Shown here: positions 49,144-57,390 of the stretch, piece by piece
Layout of the letters: each line of letters begins with the position of its first letter
How positions within the stretch are numbered: the first letter of the stretch is position 1
From: Fibrobacteria bacterium
GTDB lineage: Bacteria > Fibrobacterota > Chitinivibrionia > Chitinivibrionales > FEN-1185
Reading direction: 5' to 3'
Assembly (NCBI GenBank): GCA_037447435.1
Contig: JBBIGR010000003.1
Location: 1 to 64,000 of the forward strand
Length of the DNA: 64,000 nt
Made by a program: the position numbers and the translations under genes
The notes under the pieces: generated by a model
What the model was told of the DNA's origin: nothing
The model's input: only the letters and a program-made list of their open reading frames with translations
Databases searched by the model: none

Positions 49144-50943
49144 TTACTCCCGGGCCAGCACCGCAAGGAAGGCTTCCTGCGGTATTTCCACATTGCCAAT
49201 TTGTTTCATGCGCTTTTTACCTTCCTTTTGCTTTTCCAACAGTTTCCGTTTTCTGGAAATATCACCGCCATAGCATTTCGACGTGACGTCTTTTCTGAAG
49301 GGTTTAACCGTGGTTCGCGCAATGATCCGTGAAGAAATAGCTGCCTGGATCGCCACCTCGTACATTTGCCGAGGGATCAGGTCCTTTAGTTTCGATGTTA
49401 TCATCTGTCCATAGGAATGGGTCTTTTCCTTATGAATGATCGTGGAAAACGCATCGACTGGCGCTCCGTTGATAAGGATGTCGAGTTTGCAAAGATCGTC
49501 TTCCTTATAACAGTCGAATTCGTAATCCATGGACGCATACCCCTTCGAAATGCTCTTAAGCCTGTCGAAAAAGTCGATAATAATTTCCGACAACGGCAGT
49601 TGATAGTGCATGCACACACGCGTCGGTTCCATATATTCCATGACGCCCATAACGCCGCGTTTATCTTCGCACAATTTCATGATCGCACCGACAAATTCGG
49701 TCGGCGTGATTATTTGAACTTTGTCGATTGGCTCGGCAATGGAAAGTACATAATTGTCGGGCGGCAATTTCGCCGGGCTTTCGATGAAAAGTTCTTCGTT
49801 GTTTTTCGTGATGATACGGTATTTTACGTTGGGCACCGTCGTAATGATGTTGACGTTGAATTCTCTGAACAGACGTTCCTGCACCACTTCCATATGCAAC
49901 AGCCCCAAAAAACCTGCTCTGAAACCAAAGCCCAATGCGGCGGAAGTTTCGGGTTCATAAGACAAAGAGGAGTCGTTGAGCTTGAGTTTTTCAAGAGACG
50001 ACCTAAGATTTTCGTAGTCGTCTTTGTCAACGGGATAAATCCCGGAAAACACCATGGGCTTGACTTCTTTGTATCCCGCAACCGGCGTTTCGACACCGTT
50101 CAAACGGTTCGTTACCGTATCGCCGATTTTAATATCCGATACGGTCTTGACGTTTGCAATTAAATAGCCCACTTCGCCGGGAGTAAGCGTTTGAGCCGGG
50201 TGGCGGCCGAGCCTGAAAAAACCGATTTCCTGAACTTCATATTCGGTTGCGGTATTAAAGAATTTAACCGCATCCCGGACATTCATTTGTCCTTCGAATA
50301 TCCGCACATAGGCGACTGCGCCGCGGAATGAATCGAATTTCGAATCAAATATCAAAGCTTTTAGCGGATTGGTTATTAAGCCTTTGGGAGGCGGTACGCA
50401 TTCAACGACCCGTTCCAGAATCGGCGGTACGCCGATGCCGGTTTTCGCACTGCAACGAAGTATGCTTGTCGGGTCTACGCCGAGCAAATCTCCGATTTGC
50501 CGTGCCACTTCATCGGGATGTGCCGAAGGTAAATCCACTTTATTCATGACCGGGATAATCTCAAGATTATTGTCCAGAGCAAGATACACATTGGTGAGTG
50601 TTTGCGCTTCAATGCCCTGGCTGGCATCGACGACGAGAATTGCGCCTTCACATGCGGCAAGCGACCGTGAAACTTCATATGAAAAGTCAACATGGCCCGG
50701 CGTATCGATGAGGTTGAAACAATACTCTTTCCCGTCGGCCGCCTTATAGTTCATACGGACCGGATGCGACTTGATTGTTATGCCGCGCTCGCGTTCGAGA
50801 TCCATATCATCAAGGATTTGGTCCTGCATTCTATCTTTTGCAACAGTACCTGTTATTTCCAAGAAACGATCGGCAAGAGTCGATTTGCCGTGGTCGATAT
50901 GCGCGATGATGCAGAAATTCCGGATAAGATCAATGTTTTGCAA
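49144..50943 (-). CDS. lepA: Elongation factor 4 (LepA)
   Basis: IRNFCIIAHIDHGKSTLADR, ERERGITIK, KCYGGDISRKRKLL. Start placed at TTG 50943 with a GGAGAA RBS. Confidence 0.97.
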   Translation of the reverse strand: MQNIDLIRNFCIIAHIDHGKSTLADRFLEITGTVAKDRMQDQILDDMDLERERGITIKSHPVRMNYKAADGKEYCFNLIDTPGHVDFSYEVSRSLAACEGAILVVDASQGIEAQTLTNVYLALDNNLEIIPVMNKVDLPSAHPDEVARQIGDLLGVDPTSILRCSAKTGIGVPPILERVVECVPPPKGLITNPLKALIFDSKFDSFRGAVAYVRIFEGQMNVRDAVKFFNTATEYEVQEIGFFRLGRHPAQTLTPGEVGYLIANVKTVSDIKIGDTVTNRLNGVETPVAGYKEVKPMVFSGIYPVDKDDYENLRSSLEKLKLNDSSLSYEPETSAALGFGFRAGFLGLLHMEVVQERLFREFNVNIITTVPNVKYRIITKNNEELFIESPAKLPPDNYVLSIAEPIDKVQIITPTEFVGAIMKLCEDKRGVMGVMEYMEPTRVCMHYQLPLSEIIIDFFDRLKSISKGYASMDYEFDCYKEDDLCKLDILINGAPVDAFSTIIHKEKTHSYGQMITSKLKDLIPRQMYEVAIQAAISSRIIARTTVKPFRKDVTSKCYGGDISRKRKLLEKQKEGKKRMKQIGNVEIPQEAFLAVLARE

Positions 50944-50997
50944 AGTTCGGTTCTCCGATAGGTGAAAATGGCCCAAAAGTCAAACGCATAAAATACA

Positions 50998-51330
50998 CTA
51001 TGCGCGTTTGGGTTTTGGCTTCGGTAATTCCAGTGCCGTAATTCGTATCAATTCACTGAGCCATTCTTTGTTTTCGATATTATCATCAATAAGAAAATAA
51101 AGTTTGGCTCCGGGGTAGGGCGGGGCCTCCGTGGGATTCCCGATATATTTCTTTCCCCGAGCCGTAGGCTTGATAAAAAGTTGATTGTCGCAAATGAGGC
51201 CGACAACCTTGCCGTCGCTATACAATGCGTATTCGCCGAACATTTTCCTATAGGAAATCCTTCCGGCATTTTCAATTTGCTCCACAACGAAGTCGACGAA
51301 ATTCTTGTCGGAACCCATAATGTAGTGCAC
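50998..51330 (-). CDS. TfoX/Sxy N-terminal-domain family protein
   Basis: RKMFGEYALY-x-DGK...ICDNQLFIKPT...PPYPGAK. Confidence 0.88.
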   Translation of the reverse strand: MHYIMGSDKNFVDFVVEQIENAGRISYRKMFGEYALYSDGKVVGLICDNQLFIKPTARGKKYIGNPTEAPPYPGAKLYFLIDDNIENKEWLSELIRITALELPKPKPKRA

Positions 51331-51353
51331 CTTTCCATGGAACGCTTTAAAAT

Positions 51354-51387
51354 AAAAAAGCCCCTGATCAAATCAGAGGCTTTTTTT
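51354..51387 (-). terminator. Intrinsic terminator after hisG (bidirectional form)
   Basis: AAAAAAGCC-x-CTGAT...ATCAG-x-GGCTTTTTT. Confidence 0.75.
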
Positions 51388-51404
51388 GCAAAAAAAAACG
51401 TACG

Positions 51405-52274
51405 TTATGGAATTACTTTATTGACCGGGTATTCGACGATACCGGTTGCCCCTGCGCGTTTGAGAAGGGGTATTATTCGTTTGATTTCCTCAACGCGAAT
51501 AACGGTTTCCACCGCGCTCCATTTACCGTCCGACAATGTCGAAACCGTGGGATTATGCAGTGCGGGCAATACTTTGAGCACTCTTTCCAGATCGGCATCC
51601 TTGACATTGCATTTGAGGCCCGCATAACTTTCGGCATTGAGCGTTCCCTGTAAAAGGATCGTAATGTTTTCAAGCTTATGTTTTTTCTCTTCGTTTGCCC
51701 AGGCGCCTTTATTTGCAATAAGGATTGTCATGGTTTCCATGAGTACATCGATAACGCGGAGCCTGTTGGCTCGTAAAGACGACCCAGTTTCCGTAATGTC
51801 AACGATGGCATCGACGAGGCGCGGAGGCTTCACCTCGGTCGCACCCCATGAAAATTCCACATCGACGGGGATCTTTTTTTCTTTGAAAAAGCGCTTCGTC
51901 GTCGAAACCAATTCGGTCGCAATCCGTTTTCCTTTTAAATCCTGGGCTTTTTTAAACGGGGAGTCTTCGGAAACCGCCAACACCCATTTACAACGTTGCC
52001 GGGAAACTTTGCTGTATTCCAATTCGCAAACGCGGACGACTCTGGCATTGTTTTCGACAGTCCAATCGAGACCTGTTATGCCCGCATCCAGGATTCCCTG
52101 TTCTACGTACCGGGGAATTTCCTGGGGTCTCATGAGAATAAGGTCCAGCTCCGGGTCATCGGATGTCGGGAAATACGATCTATCATCGGCCCGGATGTGA
52201 ATATCCGCCTTCTGGAACAGTTCGATTGTCGACTTCTGCAAGCTTCCTTTAGGCAGGCCGAGCGTAAGCTTCAT
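51405..52274 (-). CDS. hisG: ATP phosphoribosyltransferase, long form
   Basis: LPKGSL, RPQEIP, DAGITG-x-[19 protein letters not shown], plus a C-terminal regulatory domain. Confidence 0.95.
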   Translation of the reverse strand: MKLTLGLPKGSLQKSTIELFQKADIHIRADDRSYFPTSDDPELDLILMRPQEIPRYVEQGILDAGITGLDWTVENNARVVRVCELEYSKVSRQRCKWVLAVSEDSPFKKAQDLKGKRIATELVSTTKRFFKEKKIPVDVEFSWGATEVKPPRLVDAIVDITETGSSLRANRLRVIDVLMETMTILIANKGAWANEEKKHKLENITILLQGTLNAESYAGLKCNVKDADLERVLKVLPALHNPTVSTLSDGKWSAVETVIRVEEIKRIIPLLKRAGATGIVEYPVNKVIP

Positions 52275-52309
52275 TATAAAATCCTTACAAGTTTAAAACA
52301 GAAACAAAG

Positions 52310-52343
52310 TGGAGCGCCGCCGACAATTTCCGGCGGCGCTCCA
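52310..52343 (-). terminator. GC-rich terminator hairpin after etfA
   Basis: 13-bp perfect stem TGGAGCGCCGCCG/CGGCGGCGCTCCA with a T-rich run following on the minus strand. Confidence 0.75.
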
Positions 52344-52362
52344 AAACCACCCTCTTGCTTTT

Positions 52363-53565
52363 TTATTTTCCCAACGATTCTTTAAATGCCCGTGTCAAAG
52401 CCGGAAGCACTTCCATGACATCCCCTACGATGCCCAAATTGGCGATTTGGAAAATGTCGGCATTGGGGTCTTTATTGATTGCGATAATATAATCCGACGA
52501 CTGCATGCCTGCCATATGCTGCACCGAACCGGAAATACCGCAGGCGACATACAATTTAGGACAAACGGTTTTCCCGGTTTGGCCCACCTGATGCGAATAC
52601 GGAATCCATCCCGCGTCCACCGCAGCGCGGCTTGCGCCGACCGCAGCACCGAGCACTTCGGCGAGTTCCTTGACAAGAGCCATGTTTTCCGGTTTTCCCA
52701 TCCCGCGTCCGCCGGACACGATGATGTCGGCTTCCGTGATGTTGACCGTCGATTCGACTTCCTTGACAATGTCGACAATCGTCGTGCGGATGTTGAGTGC
52801 TTCCGCATCGACGTTATGAACGATCACTTCACCGGTACGGTGATCGTCCCGGATTGCGGCTTTCATCACTTTGTGACGAACCGTTGCAATTTGCGGACGA
52901 TGGTCCGGGCAAATGATGGTTGCCATAAGGTTTCCGCCGAAAGCGGGGCGCGTTCCCAACAGTAAATGTTTTTCGACGTCTATGTCAAGCTTTGTGCAAT
53001 CTGCGGTCAGTCCGCCCCATACGCGGGCAGCGACCTTGGGAATAAACGATCTGCCGATGGCCGACGCGCCCGCGAGGACGATTGCCGGTTTTTCCGCATC
53101 AACGAATTCGGAAACGATTTGAGCGTAGCTGTCGTCCTGGAAATTCGCCAGTTTTTCACTATTGTAATACACGACGCGGTCGGCACCGAATTTGATGAGC
53201 TCATCCGCATTTTTCTGCATGTTATTGCCAAGCAGTACCGCGACCAACTTTTCTTTAAGCTGGTCTGCAAGTTTTCTGCCTTCTCCGAGCATTTCGTACG
53301 ATACGCCGGCAACGACGCCTTCATGTTGTTCAATGAAGACGGCGACATTTTTATAGTCGGCAATATTTTTTGTTCCGCCCGAAGATTCCTTGGTGATCGT
53401 TATGGCCTGATATTTTTTGCAAGCTTCAACGCAGGATGCGCATAAATTGCATTTTTCAAGGTCTATAACGGCTTTCTTATCGACAATTTTAATCGCGTTG
53501 ACGCCGCAAGCCCGTACACACAGGGAGCAGCCAATGCATTTTTCTAATTCAACATTTATACCCAT
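52363..53565 (-). CDS. etfA: Electron transfer flavoprotein alpha subunit with an N-terminal 2x[4Fe-4S] ferredoxin domain
   Basis: CIGCSLCVRAC and CNLCASCVEAC; GLTADCT, RPAFGGN, SGGRG, GASR, QVGQTG, GISGSVQH motifs. Confidence 0.94.
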   Translation of the reverse strand: MGINVELEKCIGCSLCVRACGVNAIKIVDKKAVIDLEKCNLCASCVEACKKYQAITITKESSGGTKNIADYKNVAVFIEQHEGVVAGVSYEMLGEGRKLADQLKEKLVAVLLGNNMQKNADELIKFGADRVVYYNSEKLANFQDDSYAQIVSEFVDAEKPAIVLAGASAIGRSFIPKVAARVWGGLTADCTKLDIDVEKHLLLGTRPAFGGNLMATIICPDHRPQIATVRHKVMKAAIRDDHRTGEVIVHNVDAEALNIRTTIVDIVKEVESTVNITEADIIVSGGRGMGKPENMALVKELAEVLGAAVGASRAAVDAGWIPYSHQVGQTGKTVCPKLYVACGISGSVQHMAGMQSSDYIIAINKDPNADIFQIANLGIVGDVMEVLPALTRAFKESLGK

Positions 53566-53579
53566 CGGTCGTTTTCCTT

Positions 53580-54371
53580 TTATCGAATGACATTAAGGTC
53601 GAGAATTGTGGATTTAATTTTGCTGACAAGTTCCGGCACTTCGCCGCTTATTTTTTCGCCGCCGCCCTTACGTTCCGGAACGAAACTCCTGAAAACCTGA
53701 GTTGGGCTTCCTTTGTGACCGATTTTATCGGGATCGGCCTTGAGGGCTTCTGCAGTAAGCTTTGTAATGACTGCCTTTTTTGCGCGCATTTTTCCTTTTA
53801 ATGATGCCATTCGCGGGACATTGATTTCCTTGACAACAGTGATAAGTCCCGGAAGCGGCATTGAAACAACCTCGTAACCGTTTTCCATCATTCGCTCAAC
53901 GCGTATGGACGTTTCGGTTATTTCTTCCACTTTGCGAACCCACGCAACAAATGGAAGATCGAGCATTTCGGCAACGCCGGGACCAACCTGTGCCGTATCG
54001 CCGTCTATTGCTTGTTTTCCGCATATGATCAAATCAACGGGACCAAGGGATTGTATTCCGCGGGCAACGGTGTATGATGTCGCCCAGGTATCGGAACCCG
54101 CAAAAGCTCTGTCTGAAATTAGATAGGCCTCGTCTGCTCCAAGCGCAATAGCGCTTTTCAAAGCTTCTTCTGCCTGAGGCGGACCCATGGTGATGATTTT
54201 TACAACAGCGTTTCCAACGCGCTCTTTGATGCGCAACGCTTCTTCAATCGCATATTCGTCGAACGGATTAACGACTGCCTCGACACCGTCTCTGATGAGC
54301 GTGCCTGTTTCCGGGTTTATTTTTACTTGCGTTGTACCCGGAACCTGTTTGATGCACACGACAATATTCAC
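53580..54371 (-). CDS. etfB: Electron transfer flavoprotein beta subunit
   Basis: VCIKQVP, NPFDEYAIEEA, SDRAFAGSDT, GKQAIDGDTAQVGP motifs. Confidence 0.95.
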   Translation of the reverse strand: MNIVVCIKQVPGTTQVKINPETGTLIRDGVEAVVNPFDEYAIEEALRIKERVGNAVVKIITMGPPQAEEALKSAIALGADEAYLISDRAFAGSDTWATSYTVARGIQSLGPVDLIICGKQAIDGDTAQVGPGVAEMLDLPFVAWVRKVEEITETSIRVERMMENGYEVVSMPLPGLITVVKEINVPRMASLKGKMRAKKAVITKLTAEALKADPDKIGHKGSPTQVFRSFVPERKGGGEKISGEVPELVSKIKSTILDLNVIR

Positions 54372-54540
54372 AATAAAGGCTCCTTTTAGTAACTATATAG
54401 AAATTATACACTCGGTTAAACTTGGTAAACGAACACTTCTTCAACCATGCAAAGCATGGGGATGGAATAATAAAAGCAAACTTTTAATATACTTTCCGAT
54501 AGCGGAATCTTGCAACCAGTGGCGGAAATTCAAATAAAAA

Positions 54541-54990
54541 TCAGGATAAAAAATAAGGCCGTTCCTTCGCTTGCATTTTTTTTGCATCAGAGGGTTTTTT
54601 ATGGTCATAACCAAGCAGATGAAACATTCCGTGAACAAACAAACGTTTGATTTCCGCCTCAAAGGATACGTGATATTCTTTTGCCTGGCTTCTGGCTCGT
54701 TCCAGTGAAATATAAATTTCTCCCAATAAATCCGGTTCGTCATAATTAAAGGACAAAACATCCGTTGCTTTGTCTTTATCACGAAATTGCCGGTTTAATT
54801 TTTTTATTGCCGCATCCGAACACATGATGACGTGTGTTTGCATTTTTGCGTCCACTTTTTCTGCAGAATAAATATCCAAAGCGGTTTTCCTGATAAGTGG
54901 TATAGGAACATCGATACTTTTAAACTCGTGATGAATGAAAAGTGTTTTTTTTCCAAAAACACTCATTTTAAAATTCTCTATCGTTTTCAC
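54541..54990 (-). CDS. ybeY: rRNA maturation endoribonuclease YbeY
   Basis: LNRQFR-x-KDKATDVLSF, LGEIYIS, HGMFHLLGYDH motifs. Confidence 0.94.
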   Translation of the reverse strand: MKTIENFKMSVFGKKTLFIHHEFKSIDVPIPLIRKTALDIYSAEKVDAKMQTHVIMCSDAAIKKLNRQFRDKDKATDVLSFNYDEPDLLGEIYISLERARSQAKEYHVSFEAEIKRLFVHGMFHLLGYDHKKPSDAKKMQAKERPYFLS

Positions 54991-55149
54991 GGTGCCTTCC
55001 CATTAATTCTATTCCGGTTTTGTTCGGGGTAAAAATCATTGACCTTTCTTTATTAATATAGTAAAATTTTTACAACCTAATTTGTCTTATATATAATAAG
55101 ACAGCCCTTTACCGGAATATCGTTTTTTTGGCTTCAGGAGAACTCTATT

Positions 55150-57336
55150 ATGAAAACTCTCAAGCACGATATCCTTTTGTCGTGTCTTCTGGTTTGTTTT
55201 TGCATAGGAATCGGAAACGCGGAGGAACGTGAAGCGTATATAAAAAGCATGATCGGAAGCGTTTCGGTTCGAAAAGGCCAGAGTCCTACATGGAAAGACG
55301 GACGTCCCAATATGGTTTTAAAAGAAAAGGACGCCATTAGGACCTTTGTTGAATCGCAAGCCGAGGTCATGACCAGCGAAGGATCGATATTAAAACTCGA
55401 TGAAAATACCACCATGGAAATGTCGACGCTTAAGGATTTCGGCGGCGGAACGCAAGCGACCAAAGTAAAAATTCTCAACGGTTCGATATTGTCGAATGTG
55501 AAAAAACTGGTGAATACCGGATCGTCGTTCGAATTTGAGACGCCGACGGCAGTGGCATCGATACGCGGAACGACCCTGGGACTCGATGTGACCGGAGAAA
55601 AAACATTGGTAAAGGTTTATGAAGGGGAAGTCGTTGTGAAACCCAAGGGAGGCACAACGGCAACCAGCGTCAAGACGAACCAGATGATCACTATTGTAAA
55701 GGGTGAAAAAAACGCCAAACTTGAAACGATGACCGAAAAAGACAAGGGATCGGTGGTTGCGCCTGAAACGGGAAATGCGATAAAACAGGCTATTGACACG
55801 GCGGCAAAAAAGGATACGACAAAACAAATTCTTGCAGATACGAGTTCGAAGGCAAAGCCCCAAGCCGACTCATTGCGCAACGGCAAGGTCTCCGATACGA
55901 CTAAATCCGGCGCGAAAATAGACTCGGCAGCGATAAAGGCAAAGGCCGCGCTTGATGCGACGGCAGGGACATTGCATCTGACCGTTGTCACCCCGGCGGA
56001 TTACATGCATGTCAAACCGGGGACGCCTGTTTCCGTGACGGGAAAAACCGTCGGATCAAATGTCAAGGTTACCGTTGCCGGTCAAACGGCATCGATGCTT
56101 GCAAGCGGCGATTTTAAGGCAACGGTGAATGCGCCGCTTGCCCCGGGCGAATACGACATCCTTGTTGAAGCAAATTCCCCCTCACAATCGCAGAGCGTTA
56201 CCCGCAAATACGTGGTAGATGCGCAAACTCAATTGTTTTTACAGGTTTCTTCACCGACCGACGGCCAAAAATTCGGGACGACATTCATCACGGTATCGGG
56301 AACCACAGCCGTGGGTGCCGACGTCACGGCTTCCGGCATTAAATGTCAAGTTAGCTCGAACGGGTCTTTTTCAGGGAAAGTCCCCATTCCGGATGAAGAA
56401 AACCAGGTTACCATTGAAATAGAAGCGACCCTCGGGAATCAATCTCAGACGATAGTCAGAAAAGTGGAATACCAATCCGATCTCTCTCTGGTAGTCACCA
56501 GCCCGGTGAACGGGCAAATCGTGACTACGTCGACAGTGCAGGTTACCGGACAGGTTTTACCGGCTTCCAATGAAACCGAATTAGCGGTAGAAGATGCCAA
56601 GATCGTGTTGGGCACCAACGGCAAATTCAATCAAATGATTACGATACCGCAAGATGAAGGACAAATTGTTTTGGAGTTTGAAGCCAAATACCAAAATATC
56701 GTTAAAAAGGAGACGCGGACGATTACGTATAAAAAACCAATTGACGATATAAAGCCGACCATAGCGCCGCTGAGTCTGCCTAATTATTCAAAGACCAAAA
56801 TTATACCGTTTACCGTGCTCGATAGGACAACCGATGACGAAATAACATTTTACAGGCAAATAGACGGTTCACGGGAATCGGAAACCGGAAGGCCGAATTC
56901 GAGTTTCAATTTGACTTTGGAGGAAGGTGTCCACGATTATATCGTTTATGCGGAAGATTTGGCAAAAAACCGGTCGGTACAGGTGGGCGGGACGGTTGCC
57001 TATGTTGAACGTTCGTTTCAAATTCAGATGCGTAAACCTCTGGGAAGCGAGATAATCAGGCTGCCGCCGTCTACACCGCTCGGCAGCAGTTTTGCCCCGC
57101 AATATACGGTGAAATTTGCAATCCTGAACATACCCGATAACGACCGCAGGCTCGTTAAACAAGTAAGCGTAACGAACCTTGCAACCGGGCAGGTAGTGAC
57201 ACAGCACGACATTCTCGATTTGGAAATGGAATTCGATATCGATTTAAAGCGCGGGATCAACAGGCTCAGCGTTGATGTCAAAGATATTAACGATAGAATT
57301 TTTTCGGCTAAAGATCTAATCGTCGATGTGCGGTAA
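55150..57336 (+). CDS. Secreted FecR-domain protein with tandem Ig-like repeats
   Basis: Signal peptide; FEFETPTAVASIRGT...V-x-VYEGEV (FecR); Lys/Ala/Thr linker; three L-x-V-x-(S/T)P...V-x-G repeats; CAGGAG RBS. Confidence 0.85.
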   Translation: MKTLKHDILLSCLLVCFCIGIGNAEEREAYIKSMIGSVSVRKGQSPTWKDGRPNMVLKEKDAIRTFVESQAEVMTSEGSILKLDENTTMEMSTLKDFGGGTQATKVKILNGSILSNVKKLVNTGSSFEFETPTAVASIRGTTLGLDVTGEKTLVKVYEGEVVVKPKGGTTATSVKTNQMITIVKGEKNAKLETMTEKDKGSVVAPETGNAIKQAIDTAAKKDTTKQILADTSSKAKPQADSLRNGKVSDTTKSGAKIDSAAIKAKAALDATAGTLHLTVVTPADYMHVKPGTPVSVTGKTVGSNVKVTVAGQTASMLASGDFKATVNAPLAPGEYDILVEANSPSQSQSVTRKYVVDAQTQLFLQVSSPTDGQKFGTTFITVSGTTAVGADVTASGIKCQVSSNGSFSGKVPIPDEENQVTIEIEATLGNQSQTIVRKVEYQSDLSLVVTSPVNGQIVTTSTVQVTGQVLPASNETELAVEDAKIVLGTNGKFNQMITIPQDEGQIVLEFEAKYQNIVKKETRTITYKKPIDDIKPTIAPLSLPNYSKTKIIPFTVLDRTTDDEITFYRQIDGSRESETGRPNSSFNLTLEEGVHDYIVYAEDLAKNRSVQVGGTVAYVERSFQIQMRKPLGSEIIRLPPSTPLGSSFAPQYTVKFAILNIPDNDRRLVKQVSVTNLATGQVVTQHDILDLEMEFDIDLKRGINRLSVDVKDINDRIFSAKDLIVDVR

Positions 57337-57390
57337 ATGTGGACAAACAAAAATGATATTTCTGGCTCACCGGATGAGGAGAAACAAGAC

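Noticed and set aside
52275..52362. His attenuator upstream of hisG
   Set aside because: There is no His-rich leader peptide; the hairpin is explained as the etfA terminator.
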